Below are positions 21,138 to 30,872 of a stretch of 64,000 nucleotides of DNA, in pieces. The stretch lies in IMG/VR virus record IMGVR_UViG_3300015263_000627; one strand, given 5' to 3'. A program made the translations under genes and the position numbers. The notes under the pieces are model-generated. The model was not told where the DNA came from. It made no database searches and saw only the letters and a program-made list of their open reading frames with translations. How positions within the stretch are numbered: position 1 is the stretch's first letter; each line of letters starts with the position of its first letter. Source of the DNA: a virus.

Positions 21138-22187
21138 ATGACGAAAAAATATAATTTTCTAGTTTTTATTGGACGATTTCAACCTTTTCATGCTGGACAC
21201 CAACATGTTCTCGAAAAGGCTCTTAGTTTATCCGACAATGTAATAGTTTTGGTTGGTTCATCCAACGTTCACCGATCCGTCGAAAATCCATGGTCATTTG
21301 AAGAACGCGAAGGCATGATAAAAAATGCCTTGGTTCATAAACTTTCGGCTTATCAGGAATTAGTTATAAAACCTCTTGAAGATTTTCATAACGATACCGC
21401 TTGGGTTATGTCCGTTCAAGATATAGTCGATAAAGTCGCAAATGAATGGGAAACCCATAATACCAAGATTGGTCTAATTGGTTATGATAAGGATTCCACG
21501 TCATATTACCTAAAGATGTTTCCGACTTGGGATGTTGTCGAAATCGATACCCAATATGGAACCATCAACGCTACCCAAATCCGCGAACAGTATTTCCAAG
21601 ACGCCCCGATCATTTCCGAATTTCTTCCGGATACGGTTAGATCGTTTTTGCGAGAGTTTGCTCTTGGTGACACCTTCAAATGGGTGTTGAAAGAATACAA
21701 ATACATTCGCGATTATAAAAAGATTTGGGAAAACGCACCCTTCCCGCCGACATTCGTAACAGTTGACCCCGTTGTGGTTCAATCTGGTAATATCCTTTTG
21801 GTTACCCGAAAGGAACCTCCCTATGCTGGTTCCTTAGCATTGCCGGGAGGCTTTCTCAATGTAAACGAAACATTGGAAAACGCCGTTGTCCGGGAATTGA
21901 AAGAGGAAACCCGTATTAGAGACAATAAGGGCGAAATTCCCCCCGCTATGTTGAAATCGTTCATCACTAAGCGAGAGGTGTTTGATAACCCGAATAGATC
22001 GAAACGGGGTCGAACAATTACCCATGCCTTCCTATTCGATCTTCCCAAAAAGGATGATCTATATATGGTCAAGGGTGATGATGATGCCGAACATGCCGCA
22101 TGGTATAGCTTGGCAGAACTAAAGAATGAGGATTTCATGGAAGATCACGCTTTCATAATCCAGAAAATGTTAGAGATAAAGTTCTGA
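21138..22187 (+). CDS. nadM: Bifunctional NMN adenylyltransferase / Nudix hydrolase
   Basis: IGRFQPFHAGH nucleotidyltransferase motif; Nudix box GGFLN.NETLENAVVRELKEET. Confidence 0.93.
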   Translation: MTKKYNFLVFIGRFQPFHAGHQHVLEKALSLSDNVIVLVGSSNVHRSVENPWSFEEREGMIKNALVHKLSAYQELVIKPLEDFHNDTAWVMSVQDIVDKVANEWETHNTKIGLIGYDKDSTSYYLKMFPTWDVVEIDTQYGTINATQIREQYFQDAPIISEFLPDTVRSFLREFALGDTFKWVLKEYKYIRDYKKIWENAPFPPTFVTVDPVVVQSGNILLVTRKEPPYAGSLALPGGFLNVNETLENAVVRELKEETRIRDNKGEIPPAMLKSFITKREVFDNPNRSKRGRTITHAFLFDLPKKDDLYMVKGDDDAEHAAWYSLAELKNEDFMEDHAFIIQKMLEIKF

Positions 22188-22235
22188 AAGGGGTAGGGGA
22201 GTCCTATTCCTAGTAAATGAGAAGGAGAAAATCTC

Positions 22236-23651
22236 ATGATGTATCGTAAAAATCCAATCCTAAACACCGATAGCTACAAGGCTTCGCACTATCTGCAATA
22301 TCCCCCGGGAACAACCAATGTATCATCGTATATTGAAAGCCGGGGCGGGGAATACGATGAAGTTGTATTCTTCGGTTTGCAAGCTTGGCTCAAGGAAAAT
22401 TTGATGAATGAGGCAAGCCTAGTTACTATGGCAGATATTGACGATGCCGAGGCGGTCTTTACAGCCCATGGTGAACCTTTCAACCGTAAAGGTTGGGAGC
22501 GCATTGTAAAAGAACACAAGGGTCGATTGCCCCTAAAAATCGAGGCAGTTGATGAAGGGACTGTAATGCCCCCGAGCAACGTTTTGGTTCAGGTGTATAA
22601 TACCGATCCGGAATTGCCTTGGCTAACGTCATATATCGAAACATCCCTGCTACGGGGAATTTGGTATCCGACTACGGTAGCAACCCGATCCCGATTTATC
22701 AAGAAATTGATCAAGCGATATCTTGATGAAACGGCGGATAATTCCGATGGTTTACCATTCAAGCTACATGATTTTGGGTTTAGGGGTGTTTCATCCTATG
22801 AATCCGGTGTCTTGGGTGGAATGGGACACTTGGTAAACTTCCTTGGCACCGATACTGTCGGAGCATTAGAAGGGGCAAGAGCCTACTATGATGAACCAAT
22901 CGCTGGTTTCTCAATTCCAGCGGCGGAACACTCGACAATTACCGCTTGGGGTAAGGAAAACGAATATAAAGCCTATGAGAATATGATTGATCGATTTGGG
23001 GGTCCGGGAAAACTTGTTGCCGTTGTCTCTGACTCTTACAATATCATGAATGCGGTCAATCAGATTTGGGGTAATGAACTACGGAATAAGATTATGAGAT
23101 TTGGCGGAACGTTGGTTATCCGTCCGGACTCTGGAACTCCGTGGATTATTGTTCCGGAAATTCTCAATGCTCTAGGAGAAAAGTTTCCGACTACGGTAAA
23201 CTCCAAGGGTTATAAAATGCTTCCGGATTATCTCCGTATCATTCAGGGGGATGGTATCAATCAGGTATCAATTGGTAAAATTCTTGAAGCCGTCAAGAAA
23301 AATGGTTGGTCCACTGATAATGTCGCCTTCGGAATGGGAGGAGCAATGTTGCAGGATTTGACTAGAGATACGTTGAGTTTTGCAATGAAAGCAAACGCAA
23401 TCCTGACGGAAGAATCAATGACCTATGAGGGACATTCCGGATGGATCGATGTTTACAAAAAGCCGGTTGGAGATAATGGAAAATCTTCGAAGGCAGGTCG
23501 ATTAGCACTGATCAATCGCAAGGGTAAGTTCGAAACGGTGCCAGTTGAAGTTGCTGACGATTATCCAAATCTCTTGAAGGTTCGTTATAATAAGTATCAG
23601 CTAGAAAATACCACTACCTTCAAGGAAATCCGCGAAAGAGCGGCATTATAA
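22236..23651 (+). CDS. nadV: Nicotinamide phosphoribosyltransferase (NAMPT)
   Basis: TDSYKASH, LHDFGFRG, SIPAAEHS, VSDSY, VIRPDSG, QGDG. Confidence 0.93.
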   Translation: MMYRKNPILNTDSYKASHYLQYPPGTTNVSSYIESRGGEYDEVVFFGLQAWLKENLMNEASLVTMADIDDAEAVFTAHGEPFNRKGWERIVKEHKGRLPLKIEAVDEGTVMPPSNVLVQVYNTDPELPWLTSYIETSLLRGIWYPTTVATRSRFIKKLIKRYLDETADNSDGLPFKLHDFGFRGVSSYESGVLGGMGHLVNFLGTDTVGALEGARAYYDEPIAGFSIPAAEHSTITAWGKENEYKAYENMIDRFGGPGKLVAVVSDSYNIMNAVNQIWGNELRNKIMRFGGTLVIRPDSGTPWIIVPEILNALGEKFPTTVNSKGYKMLPDYLRIIQGDGINQVSIGKILEAVKKNGWSTDNVAFGMGGAMLQDLTRDTLSFAMKANAILTEESMTYEGHSGWIDVYKKPVGDNGKSSKAGRLALINRKGKFETVPVEVADDYPNLLKVRYNKYQLENTTTFKEIRERAAL

Positions 23652-23664
23652 AATAACCAAGATA

Positions 23665-23699
23665 AATACCCCATGGTAACAACCGTGGGGTATTTTTTA
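23665..23699 (+). terminator. Rho-independent terminator
   Basis: ataccccatgg-taacaa-ccgtggggtat followed by a T run. Confidence 0.7.
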
Positions 23700-24419
23700 T
23701 GTTGTAATCCATGATTTTACGAAGAATGCGTTTTTTCTTTGTTCCCAATACAGTTTTCGAGCTTTACTCATTTTTTGTTTAGCTTCATCTGTTTGTTGTT
23801 TTCCAAACATTGGATTATTTGATCCGAGATTATTTTCTTTATGTAAATTATAAGATTTTTTTCTTGCATCTCGCATTTTTTGTTTATGTTCTTCAGATTT
23901 AGGTCTGCCACGTTGAAAATTACTTATTTTGTTTTTTGTTTCTTCTGAAAGTTTTTTACCCAAATTACCTTGTCTGATTTTTTCTATAGTTTCTTTAGAA
24001 TGATTCCGTCCTGTTGATGCAACAAAAAATCGATTCATTATGTTACGATTATAAAACGCTCTTTCTCCATTTGGTAATTTAGCATTGAGAACATCATGGC
24101 GAAATTGTTCTGCGACCTCAGTATATGATAATTCTCTTTTAGTTTCACATAATTTTAGAAATTGAAATCTAAAATTTTCTTTTCCTAATCGTTGAATATC
24201 TTCATTCAACTCGTCTGATGAACTAGTATATTCTTTCCAATCGCTATCTTTTATAATAACCTTACGATTTTTTTTACCCTTTATTTTTTTTCTTTTTCTA
24301 AAACGAAATTGTTTTTTCCCAATATAAGCCTGTCCCGAAAGGATATTTGTAATAATATAAACAACCCCAAAATATTTATTTGGGTCAAAATCGGTATCAA
24401 CTTCCCAATGTCCGTACAT
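23697..24419 (-). mobile_element. GIY-YIG (Seg-like) homing endonuclease with NUMOD3 repeats
   Basis: GVVYIITN..GQAYIGKKQF; HSKETIEKI/LSEETKNKI repeats; own late promoter on - strand at 24443-24450. Confidence 0.85.
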
Positions 24420-24450
24420 AAATAGTTCCTCAGTTTATAATATATTTATC

Positions 24451-24479
24451 TTGACTTAGAGGGTTTCTTGTGTTACACT
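24451..24479 (+). promoter_or_regulatory. Sigma70-type promoter
   Basis: TTGACT-17-TACACT. Confidence 0.6.
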
Positions 24480-24507
24480 TTATCCATACTTAGAAAAGAG
24501 AGGAATA

Positions 24508-24846
24508 GTGCGAAAGTTTTTTATAATATTGGCTTCTTTTTTCATATTCTCCCACACCGCAAACGCTCTAACATCCAAGTTTGATGGGGAATGGGATTTT
24601 ACCATTTATAGCGCCTGTGATAAATCCGAAAATAAAATCAGCATTACTATAAAAGCACCGCGAGTTAATTCGTCTGAAAAAGTTCTTGACTTGGTGGGCG
24701 GAATAAGCGATAATGGTAAGATAGATATCGTTGCTGTTTATAATGGTAAGACCTTTTATACAAAAGGGATTATTATGCAAAAGACCGGAAGCGGTGAATG
24801 GGTATCCGATAATTGTTCCGGAACATGGAAAGCGGAAAAGAAATAA
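24508..24846 (+). CDS. Secreted hypothetical protein
   Basis: Signal peptide ending ANA; two Cys; GTG start with RBS. Confidence 0.55.
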   Translation: MRKFFIILASFFIFSHTANALTSKFDGEWDFTIYSACDKSENKISITIKAPRVNSSEKVLDLVGGISDNGKIDIVAVYNGKTFYTKGIIMQKTGSGEWVSDNCSGTWKAEKK

Positions 24847-25118
24847 TGGTAATTGAAACTATAAAAACTATCAAGGCATTCAAATGTAGTTCAGGACATC
24901 TTCATGAATCATTTGAAGAAGCAAAAGATTGTGAATTTGATGAATTGGTTTTTGATGCTTTTCAATCTTCTCCGTCCGGGTTTTATCGTGATATAGGTGG
25001 AGATAAAAGAATTAGAGAATTTGCTCAACTTTTACGAGGAAATGTTTATCCAAATTTTCGCAAAAAATTGATAAAAGCTTTGGAATATCTTCAAATACAT
25101 TTTGGATTCAATGAATGA
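24846..25118 (+). CDS. Hypothetical protein
   Basis: Coupled ORF. Confidence 0.5.
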   Translation: MVIETIKTIKAFKCSSGHLHESFEEAKDCEFDELVFDAFQSSPSGFYRDIGGDKRIREFAQLLRGNVYPNFRKKLIKALEYLQIHFGFNE

Positions 25119-25293
25119 GCAATAAACGCCAAAAATATGCTAATCCCCCCGATTCGGTAACAATGGTGTTCCGCCCCCGAGGAAAATCTCTCAAAAAAGG
25201 TTCTCAAAATCGTCGCGTTATTGCGATTGGTTTGGACGAAAAACGCGAATATTTTTTACATTCAACCAAAGGCTACCGTAATAGGAGAAAATA

Positions 25294-25764
25294 ATGCCTT
25301 ATGTGCCAAGTGAAAAGACCGAAGGAAAACTCGATGATCGTTTTTATCTTGATCCAACAATAAAACAATTAGCCGAAGATATTGCTACTGTAAGTGCAAG
25401 ACACGGTTATGAGGGAGCCTTTGCAGGTGAATTGAATTATTCTCTTACTCGTTTATTGCAAGAACTTCCCCGGGAACTTATCAAACAAAACCAAATCAAG
25501 GAAGAATTGCGTTATTGGATGCAGCCCTTGATGTATGGGGTATTGCTTGATGTTGCCTTAGAGCATAAGCGTCGGGTAAATGTTGCATACGAAGCCGAAC
25601 AGATTGTAAAATCCGGTGATTGTTATGATACCCCATATTATACCCGACTTGTTGAAGTAGTCGATAAGGAAGGGAAACATATCGGTTATCAGGAAATTAT
25701 GATGAAACGTTCAAATGATACGCTTTTTGAAGATAAACTACCCCAAAAAATGGTAGTGGAGTGA
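25294..25764 (+). CDS. Hypothetical phage protein
   Basis: AGELNYSLTRLL...RRVNVAYE pattern; strong RBS. Confidence 0.6.
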   Translation: MPYVPSEKTEGKLDDRFYLDPTIKQLAEDIATVSARHGYEGAFAGELNYSLTRLLQELPRELIKQNQIKEELRYWMQPLMYGVLLDVALEHKRRVNVAYEAEQIVKSGDCYDTPYYTRLVEVVDKEGKHIGYQEIMMKRSNDTLFEDKLPQKMVVE

Positions 25765-26252
25765 GGAGAAAAATGACTTATAAGTATGTTTATCTTGCTG
25801 GTCCTATTATGGGCTGCACTGAGGGGGAAGCGAAAGATTGGCGAAAATTCGTAGCCGACAAGATTGCTCCATATGGAATTGTTGGGGTATCACCTTTACG
25901 GTGTGAACCAATTGTTGGCGAACGTTATAATTTGACGTATGATACCGATCCAAAATTTGGCGCACCCCGAGCAATTGCCGGTAAGAATTATTTCGATGTT
26001 CGCAATTGTGATATGACCTTAGCATATCTTCCCAAACCCGAAGCGGGTAAATATCCATCCCTTGGAACAGTCGGAGAAATTTTCTGGACCAATGGGGTTG
26101 GAAAGCAAACAATTCTAGTTTCAGATGATCCTCTTATCATGAAACATCCGGTTATTGATTCGGTTGTGGCATGGAAATTGGAAAAGCTTCAAGATGCCTG
26201 TGAAGTTATTGTAGGTGTTATGGGAGCATATACGGGAGGAAAAAATGTTTAG
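25761..26252 (+). CDS. Nucleoside 2-deoxyribosyltransferase-like protein
   Basis: VYLAGPI, D...CD, SLGTVGEI. Confidence 0.78.
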   Translation: MRRKMTYKYVYLAGPIMGCTEGEAKDWRKFVADKIAPYGIVGVSPLRCEPIVGERYNLTYDTDPKFGAPRAIAGKNYFDVRNCDMTLAYLPKPEAGKYPSLGTVGEIFWTNGVGKQTILVSDDPLIMKHPVIDSVVAWKLEKLQDACEVIVGVMGAYTGGKNV

Positions 26253-26655
26253 GACAATTTATCTTTGTGGTCCAATATTTGGATGCACCGATGAAGAATG
26301 TAAGGATTGGCGTGATTATGTAACCAATTTGTGGAAAGATGATTTTCCATTATCTGAACGAAAAACATTGGACCCAATGCGTCGGGATTATCGGGGTCGC
26401 ACCGATGATTTTTACGAAGAACTTGTTGAATTGGACAAGATTGATGTTATGAATAGTGATGTTATTTTGGTCAATTATGATAAGCCTAGCGTTGGCACTA
26501 GTATGGAAATTATGTATGCATGGGAACGAGGTAAATTGGTGGTAGTTGTTACCAAGGAAGGCACCCCGATCAGTCCGTGGATGTTATATCATAGCCATAA
26601 AATTGCTCATTCATTTTTAGATGCAATCAATTATATAGAGGGATTGAATAAATGA
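26245..26655 (+). CDS. Nucleoside 2-deoxyribosyltransferase-like protein (second)
   Basis: IYLCGPI, DVMNSDVILV, SVGTSMEIMYAWERGK. Confidence 0.8.
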   Translation: MFRTIYLCGPIFGCTDEECKDWRDYVTNLWKDDFPLSERKTLDPMRRDYRGRTDDFYEELVELDKIDVMNSDVILVNYDKPSVGTSMEIMYAWERGKLVVVVTKEGTPISPWMLYHSHKIAHSFLDAINYIEGLNK

Positions 26656-27125
26656 CCAAAATAACCGAGAAATGGGATCGCTTTTATCTGGAATTAGCCG
26701 AGTTTGTTGCAACTAAACTATCCAAAGACCCTTCAACTAAAGTGGGGGCAGTTCTAGTAAATTACGATCATAATAAAGAATTTCTTGGTTATAATGGTTT
26801 TCCCCGGGGTGTGGACGACGATCCAGCCCGATATGATAATCGGGAATTGAAATACAAGATGGTTGTTCATGCCGAAGTGAATGCCATCCTCAAGGCAGGA
26901 TTTTATTCTAAAGGTGGAACATTATATGTTTATCCAGCTTTTTCCCTTCCTCCAATTTGCAATGAATGTGTAAAGTATGCAATTCAAAGTGGAGTCAAGG
27001 AAATTGTTGGATTTGTTCCGACTCCTGAAGATGCCGAAAGAGCAAAACGTTGGCAGGAATCAATTGATATTGCCCGAACAATGTGTGATGAAGCCGGGGT
27101 TACTTATAGAGGCGTTGTAAGATAA
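26652..27125 (+). CDS. dCMP deaminase
   Basis: SKDPSTKVGA, GYNGFPRG, HAEVNAI, PPICNEC. Confidence 0.9.
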   Translation: MTKITEKWDRFYLELAEFVATKLSKDPSTKVGAVLVNYDHNKEFLGYNGFPRGVDDDPARYDNRELKYKMVVHAEVNAILKAGFYSKGGTLYVYPAFSLPPICNECVKYAIQSGVKEIVGFVPTPEDAERAKRWQESIDIARTMCDEAGVTYRGVVR

Positions 27126-27169
27126 TGGATTTACGTTACATATCGGAACTAAAAAAGGAATGAAACCAA

Positions 27170-27658
27170 ATGAACCAAAAATCAGTACAAAAATTCGTCA
27201 AAAGAGAGAAGAACTTCAAACAGAACTTAAAACCCTCAATAGTAAAGGGAAAAAATATAGCTGATGGAAGTGGTTTAAGATATAATACTGGTAAAAATAA
27301 ACTTGAATTAATTCCTTCAGAATGGGAATGGGCGTTGGGTATGATCTTGACCCGAGGTGCAATAAAATATGATGTAAGAAACTGGGAAAAAGGAATGAGT
27401 CATTCTTATGTTCTTGGTTCAGGACGCCGCCATTTAGTCAAGTATTTGGCGGGTGAGAGATATGATCCTGAAACTGGTTGCCATCATCTGGCAATGGTTG
27501 CATGGAACATGTTGGCTCTAATGACCTATGACATTCGGGGTATTGGAGAGGATGATCTAAAGGATGTTGGGAACTTGGAATGGTTGGAAAAAACAGCCGT
27601 CGATCCCGGTCCTGCGTTACAGAAACTAATGGAAGAAAAGAATTTGCAACCTAAATAA
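27170..27658 (+). CDS. dATP/dGTP diphosphohydrolase-like (DUF5664)
   Basis: RYNTGK..LELIP, GAIKYD.RNWEKG, RHL..Y..GE..DPETG..HL..VAWN. Confidence 0.8.
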   Translation: MNQKSVQKFVKREKNFKQNLKPSIVKGKNIADGSGLRYNTGKNKLELIPSEWEWALGMILTRGAIKYDVRNWEKGMSHSYVLGSGRRHLVKYLAGERYDPETGCHHLAMVAWNMLALMTYDIRGIGEDDLKDVGNLEWLEKTAVDPGPALQKLMEEKNLQPK

Positions 27659-27862
27659 ATGCTAAATTTGGAAAAAACAATAGTTATAATTGTTGTGGGA
27701 TTTATGCTTTCGAATTGTACCATATCAAAAGATTACTCATTGAGTTTGAGTATTCCAAGCATTCCTCATGATGAAATAGTTCATCCAGATGCATTAGTCT
27801 CATTGGATAGTTCGCCAGATTTTTCAGGTTTACAAGTAACAATTACTAGGACATTTCCATGA
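27659..27862 (+). CDS. Small putative lipoprotein
   Basis: Hydrophobic N-terminus ending LSNC. Confidence 0.45.
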   Translation: MLNLEKTIVIIVVGFMLSNCTISKDYSLSLSIPSIPHDEIVHPDALVSLDSSPDFSGLQVTITRTFP

Positions 27863-28422
27863 AAAAGATTATAATTTTTTTCTTATTGGGTCTGATTCTT
27901 GGAAGCTGTGCAGCTACACCCGAAGAAAGACAATTAGTGCGTCAAACTGCGGGTGAAAGTACAACCTTCCAATTACAAGGTACTGATGTAGCTTTAAATC
28001 GTTTGCATCCAATATTTGCAAAACGGTTGTCGTCTGCAATCAAGGAAGCTCGAAAACAAGGATTGAATGTTGGATGTTTTTCAGCATATCGTCCCCCGGG
28101 ATTCAATATCGGGAAATATATAGACAAATATAATTCCCTTCATGCCTATGGTTTGGCTTGTGATGTATATGGTTTGGGGGGTCCAGATGATATAAGGGCA
28201 TTTGTATGGTATCATATTGCCAAGAGACATAATCTTTGGAATCCTTACTATGGAACCAAATCATGGGCATGGGAATATAACCATTATCAGATGTATAAGA
28301 ATATAAAGAAAATTCCCGCCAAATATAAACTTCGGGAAACTATCAAAGATGAAGGTCCTAAAAATATAGTCGATATGTGGCACGAAGGAACTGTGTTATT
28401 CTTTACTCAAATCTTTCATTGA
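27859..28422 (+). CDS. Lipoprotein with M15-type peptidoglycan peptidase domain
   Basis: Lipobox LGSC; SAYR...SLHAYGLACDV...EYNH Zn-site pattern. Confidence 0.7.
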   Translation: MKKIIIFFLLGLILGSCAATPEERQLVRQTAGESTTFQLQGTDVALNRLHPIFAKRLSSAIKEARKQGLNVGCFSAYRPPGFNIGKYIDKYNSLHAYGLACDVYGLGGPDDIRAFVWYHIAKRHNLWNPYYGTKSWAWEYNHYQMYKNIKKIPAKYKLRETIKDEGPKNIVDMWHEGTVLFFTQIFH

Positions 28423-28431
28423 GGATATATT

Positions 28432-28707
28432 ATGGTTGTAACTAAAAATCCTGAAAAATTTACCTTAGATCAGGTTGTTTTCGATGTTCGTGAAGAATTA
28501 GAACGGGCTACATCAATTCATGGTCCGTTCTATTCTCCCCATGAAGGATATGCCGTCTTATTAGAGGAAGTCGATGAATTATGGGACGAAATTAAAAAAG
28601 GAAAGGGTCGTTCTTTATCTTATAAGGGAATGACCGAAGCAATTCAAGTAGCAGCAATGGCAATGCGTTTAGCAATGGACTTATATTATGCCAAACCCAA
28701 GGAATAA
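28432..28707 (+). CDS. MazG-like nucleotide pyrophosphohydrolase
   Basis: SPHEGYAVLLEEVDELWDEIK...EAIQVAAMA. Confidence 0.7.
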   Translation: MVVTKNPEKFTLDQVVFDVREELERATSIHGPFYSPHEGYAVLLEEVDELWDEIKKGKGRSLSYKGMTEAIQVAAMAMRLAMDLYYAKPKE

Positions 28708-28909
28708 ACCTCAAGCCAGAAACCTATTGGATGGAACGGGGGTCACCTATTCCAATCTTTTACGGTTCCTTGAAAATGCAACCAAAGATTTGGAAACGGA
28801 AGGTAAGGAAGATGCTGCCTTTTATTTCGGTCAGTTTCATGATTGGTTGCGAAATCACTACCACCCAAGCAAAAGTTTTATTTATGAATCTCGCATTTTG
28901 GGGTTATGA
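28688..28909 (+). CDS. Hypothetical protein
   Basis: Coupled ORF. Confidence 0.45.
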   Translation: MPNPRNKPQARNLLDGTGVTYSNLLRFLENATKDLETEGKEDAAFYFGQFHDWLRNHYHPSKSFIYESRILGL

Positions 28910-29040
28910 TGATTTATCCAATCTATAGGAAAATTTGGGAAGAATTTCATAATAAAAAAATTCCAAATGGTTGGCATATACATCATGGAGTAAAAAGAAT
29001 ATATAAGGAGAAATCAAGTGCCTTGGCCCCGAAAACATAA
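28906..29040 (+). pseudogene. Truncated HNH homing-endonuclease remnant
   Basis: Translates MMIYPIYRKIWEEFHNKKIPNGWHIHH, an HNH HEG N-terminus, then diverges and stops. Confidence 0.6.
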
Positions 29041-29110
29041 ACCCCGAACTGGACGCCGCAAGATTGGTTCGAAGAAACGTCGCGCCCGTCATAAGAACAA
29101 ACATAGGTAA
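29018..29110 (+). CDS. 30-aa highly basic peptide
   Basis: RBS AAGGAG, GTG start; MPWPRKHKPRTGRRKIGSKKRRARHKNKHR. Confidence 0.6.
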   Translation: MPWPRKHKPRTGRRKIGSKKRRARHKNKHR

Positions 29111-29112
29111 AA

Positions 29113-29388
29113 ATGCAAAAGATAGTTTTTTATTGTGATCGATGTGGCACTGATATAATGCATAATGGTGTCTATGATCTTCAGCTAAATTTACATTATA
29201 GTGGTTTGGCTAACGATATAATTTACTTATCCGGAGATTTTTGTGCAGAATGTTATAATATTATCAAACAAAAAATCGGTAAGGAATTAGAATTTAACCG
29301 TTTTCAAACTTATGAGAATATAAGAAAAATTATGGAATGGGATGTTACACCCAAGCCGCCCGAAGATCATCATCCGACAGATTCGTAA
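29113..29388 (+). CDS. Zn-ribbon hypothetical protein
   Basis: CDRCG...DFCAEC. Confidence 0.5.
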   Translation: MQKIVFYCDRCGTDIMHNGVYDLQLNLHYSGLANDIIYLSGDFCAECYNIIKQKIGKELEFNRFQTYENIRKIMEWDVTPKPPEDHHPTDS

Positions 29389-30007
29389 CATTTAGATCAA
29401 GACCTTTGTTACCCGGACAACGAATACCGGGAACCCAATGAGGTTCAGGACCTACCCCATCACCAGTATATTGCCATAAGAAGAAATCATCAAACCCATT
29501 CGGGAAACGATAACGCGATCCATATTGGGCAAGCCAAAGCTTATGGGATGTGATGTAATCCCGATCCACTCGATTTAGATCATCAATTGTTTCTTTCAGC
29601 TTATTACCCGAATAGATAATAGCCTTGCGACCCATCTTTTCTTCGATAAGATGCAAGAAATCGACGGCTTGATGAATGGTCATATCAGACCTGCGATTTT
29701 CTTCATAGTCTAAGGCTAAAAGGGTTCGAGGATCAGGTTGAGATGCATCAAGGAATTTATTGACTTGAGCAACGACATTTTCGGCGGAATTGAAATGATA
29801 GGCTCCCCATTCTAATCCAACCGACAAGGCTCCCTCTCTAAATTCATCATACATGGGGTCTTTATAATTGGTGCCTTGGCTGGCTTTGCAAATTATTCCG
29901 ACAATGCCATAATCCTTGACTTTTTGCCAATCTTGACGGTCAATTTCTTCATAATGTGAAATATCGACCACTTTGGGAATGAAATCGGTCATTTTGTTGT
30001 TCTCCAT
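29345..30007 (-). CDS. GH25 muramidase (endolysin)
   Basis: VDISHY, KASQG...DP, GAYHF, LDYE, LWLAQY, LWQYTG, DLN. Confidence 0.9.
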   Translation of the reverse strand: MENNKMTDFIPKVVDISHYEEIDRQDWQKVKDYGIVGIICKASQGTNYKDPMYDEFREGALSVGLEWGAYHFNSAENVVAQVNKFLDASQPDPRTLLALDYEENRRSDMTIHQAVDFLHLIEEKMGRKAIIYSGNKLKETIDDLNRVDRDYITSHKLWLAQYGSRYRFPNGFDDFFLWQYTGDGVGPEPHWVPGIRCPGNKGLDLNVTNLSDDDLRAAWV

Positions 30008-30011
30008 TTTC

Positions 30012-30027
30012 CTAAATACTATTTATT
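30012..30027. promoter_or_regulatory. Back-to-back late promoters
   Basis: CTAAATA on + and AATAAATA on - between divergent genes 30007(-) and 30042(+). Confidence 0.55.
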
Positions 30028-30041
30028 AGGGGAGGGCTTCT

Positions 30042-30254
30042 ATGGCATCTACAACCGAGGAACGGAAAGCGAAACGTTTGAAACAATTACAAGAAAATGT
30101 CGAAGCCCAAATTCTTATGACGGACGGTCCCGAAGATTTGCTGTTATTAGCCACTATATTCCTAGCTACTGCCAAAAACATCTTTTTATCGAATTTTCCC
30201 AAAGAACATACCCGCGACGTTTTGCATAAGTATGTGGACGATGTTACAAAATGA
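30042..30254 (+). CDS. Hypothetical protein
   Basis: RBS GGGGAGG. Confidence 0.5.
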   Translation: MASTTEERKAKRLKQLQENVEAQILMTDGPEDLLLLATIFLATAKNIFLSNFPKEHTRDVLHKYVDDVTK

Positions 30255-30314
30255 TAACCCATTGATTTTCCACGTTTCTTAGTTCTTGACTCTACCCCTT
30301 TTATGTGATAAATT
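30255..30314 (+). repeat. 36-bp repeat fused to early promoter (copy 1)
   Basis: TAACCCATTGATTTTCCACGTTTCTTAGTTCTTGAC then 17 nt then TAAATT. Confidence 0.85.
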
Positions 30315-30320
30315 CTTATC

Positions 30321-30872
30321 ATGACTGAAAAATGCAAATACATAGTATTCGAAGATGATCTTGGTTTAGAGGTCATTATAGTCTTTCCAAATGTAGTAAA
30401 ACATTCGGATATCAAAGTAAATGGCAACATAGTGAGTGCTGGTTTTATTACTAGATGGGAAAATGGACTTAATTATGACTGTGGCTATACTTGCTATGGT
30501 AAGTCGATTAGTTTAGGCGTCGAAAGTCGCCCTGAAAAAGATGCAAAAATAGCTAAAAGACAGCTTGCCACTATGTTGATTAGTGATTGAATTATGAAGA
30601 AAACTCTCAAATTTGGCAAATACCCCGCCGATGGTTTTGTTGCCACCCTTGAAGAATATTACAAGGATGGTTTTGAAACTGGTGCCTCTTGGAAAGAGGA
30701 TTATATTCCGGGGGGTCCGTGGGTTTGCTCCTATGGTTTCATTTTGACGCATGATGCCGATTGGCAGGCTTATTGCCAGCATACCAAGGATGGCAACGCC
30801 GAATGGCTCCGGGGGTTCAAGGCAGGATTAGATTCTCAATCCTCTAACCCATTGAAATCTCACGTTTCTTAG
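30321..30872 (+). CDS. Two early hypothetical ORFs (30321-30590, 30594-30872)
   Basis: First ORF starts 7 nt after the -10 box. Confidence 0.55.

Noticed and set aside
27170-27658. 2-aminoadenine (Z) genome
   Set aside because: No purZ in this window; DUF5664 alone is insufficient
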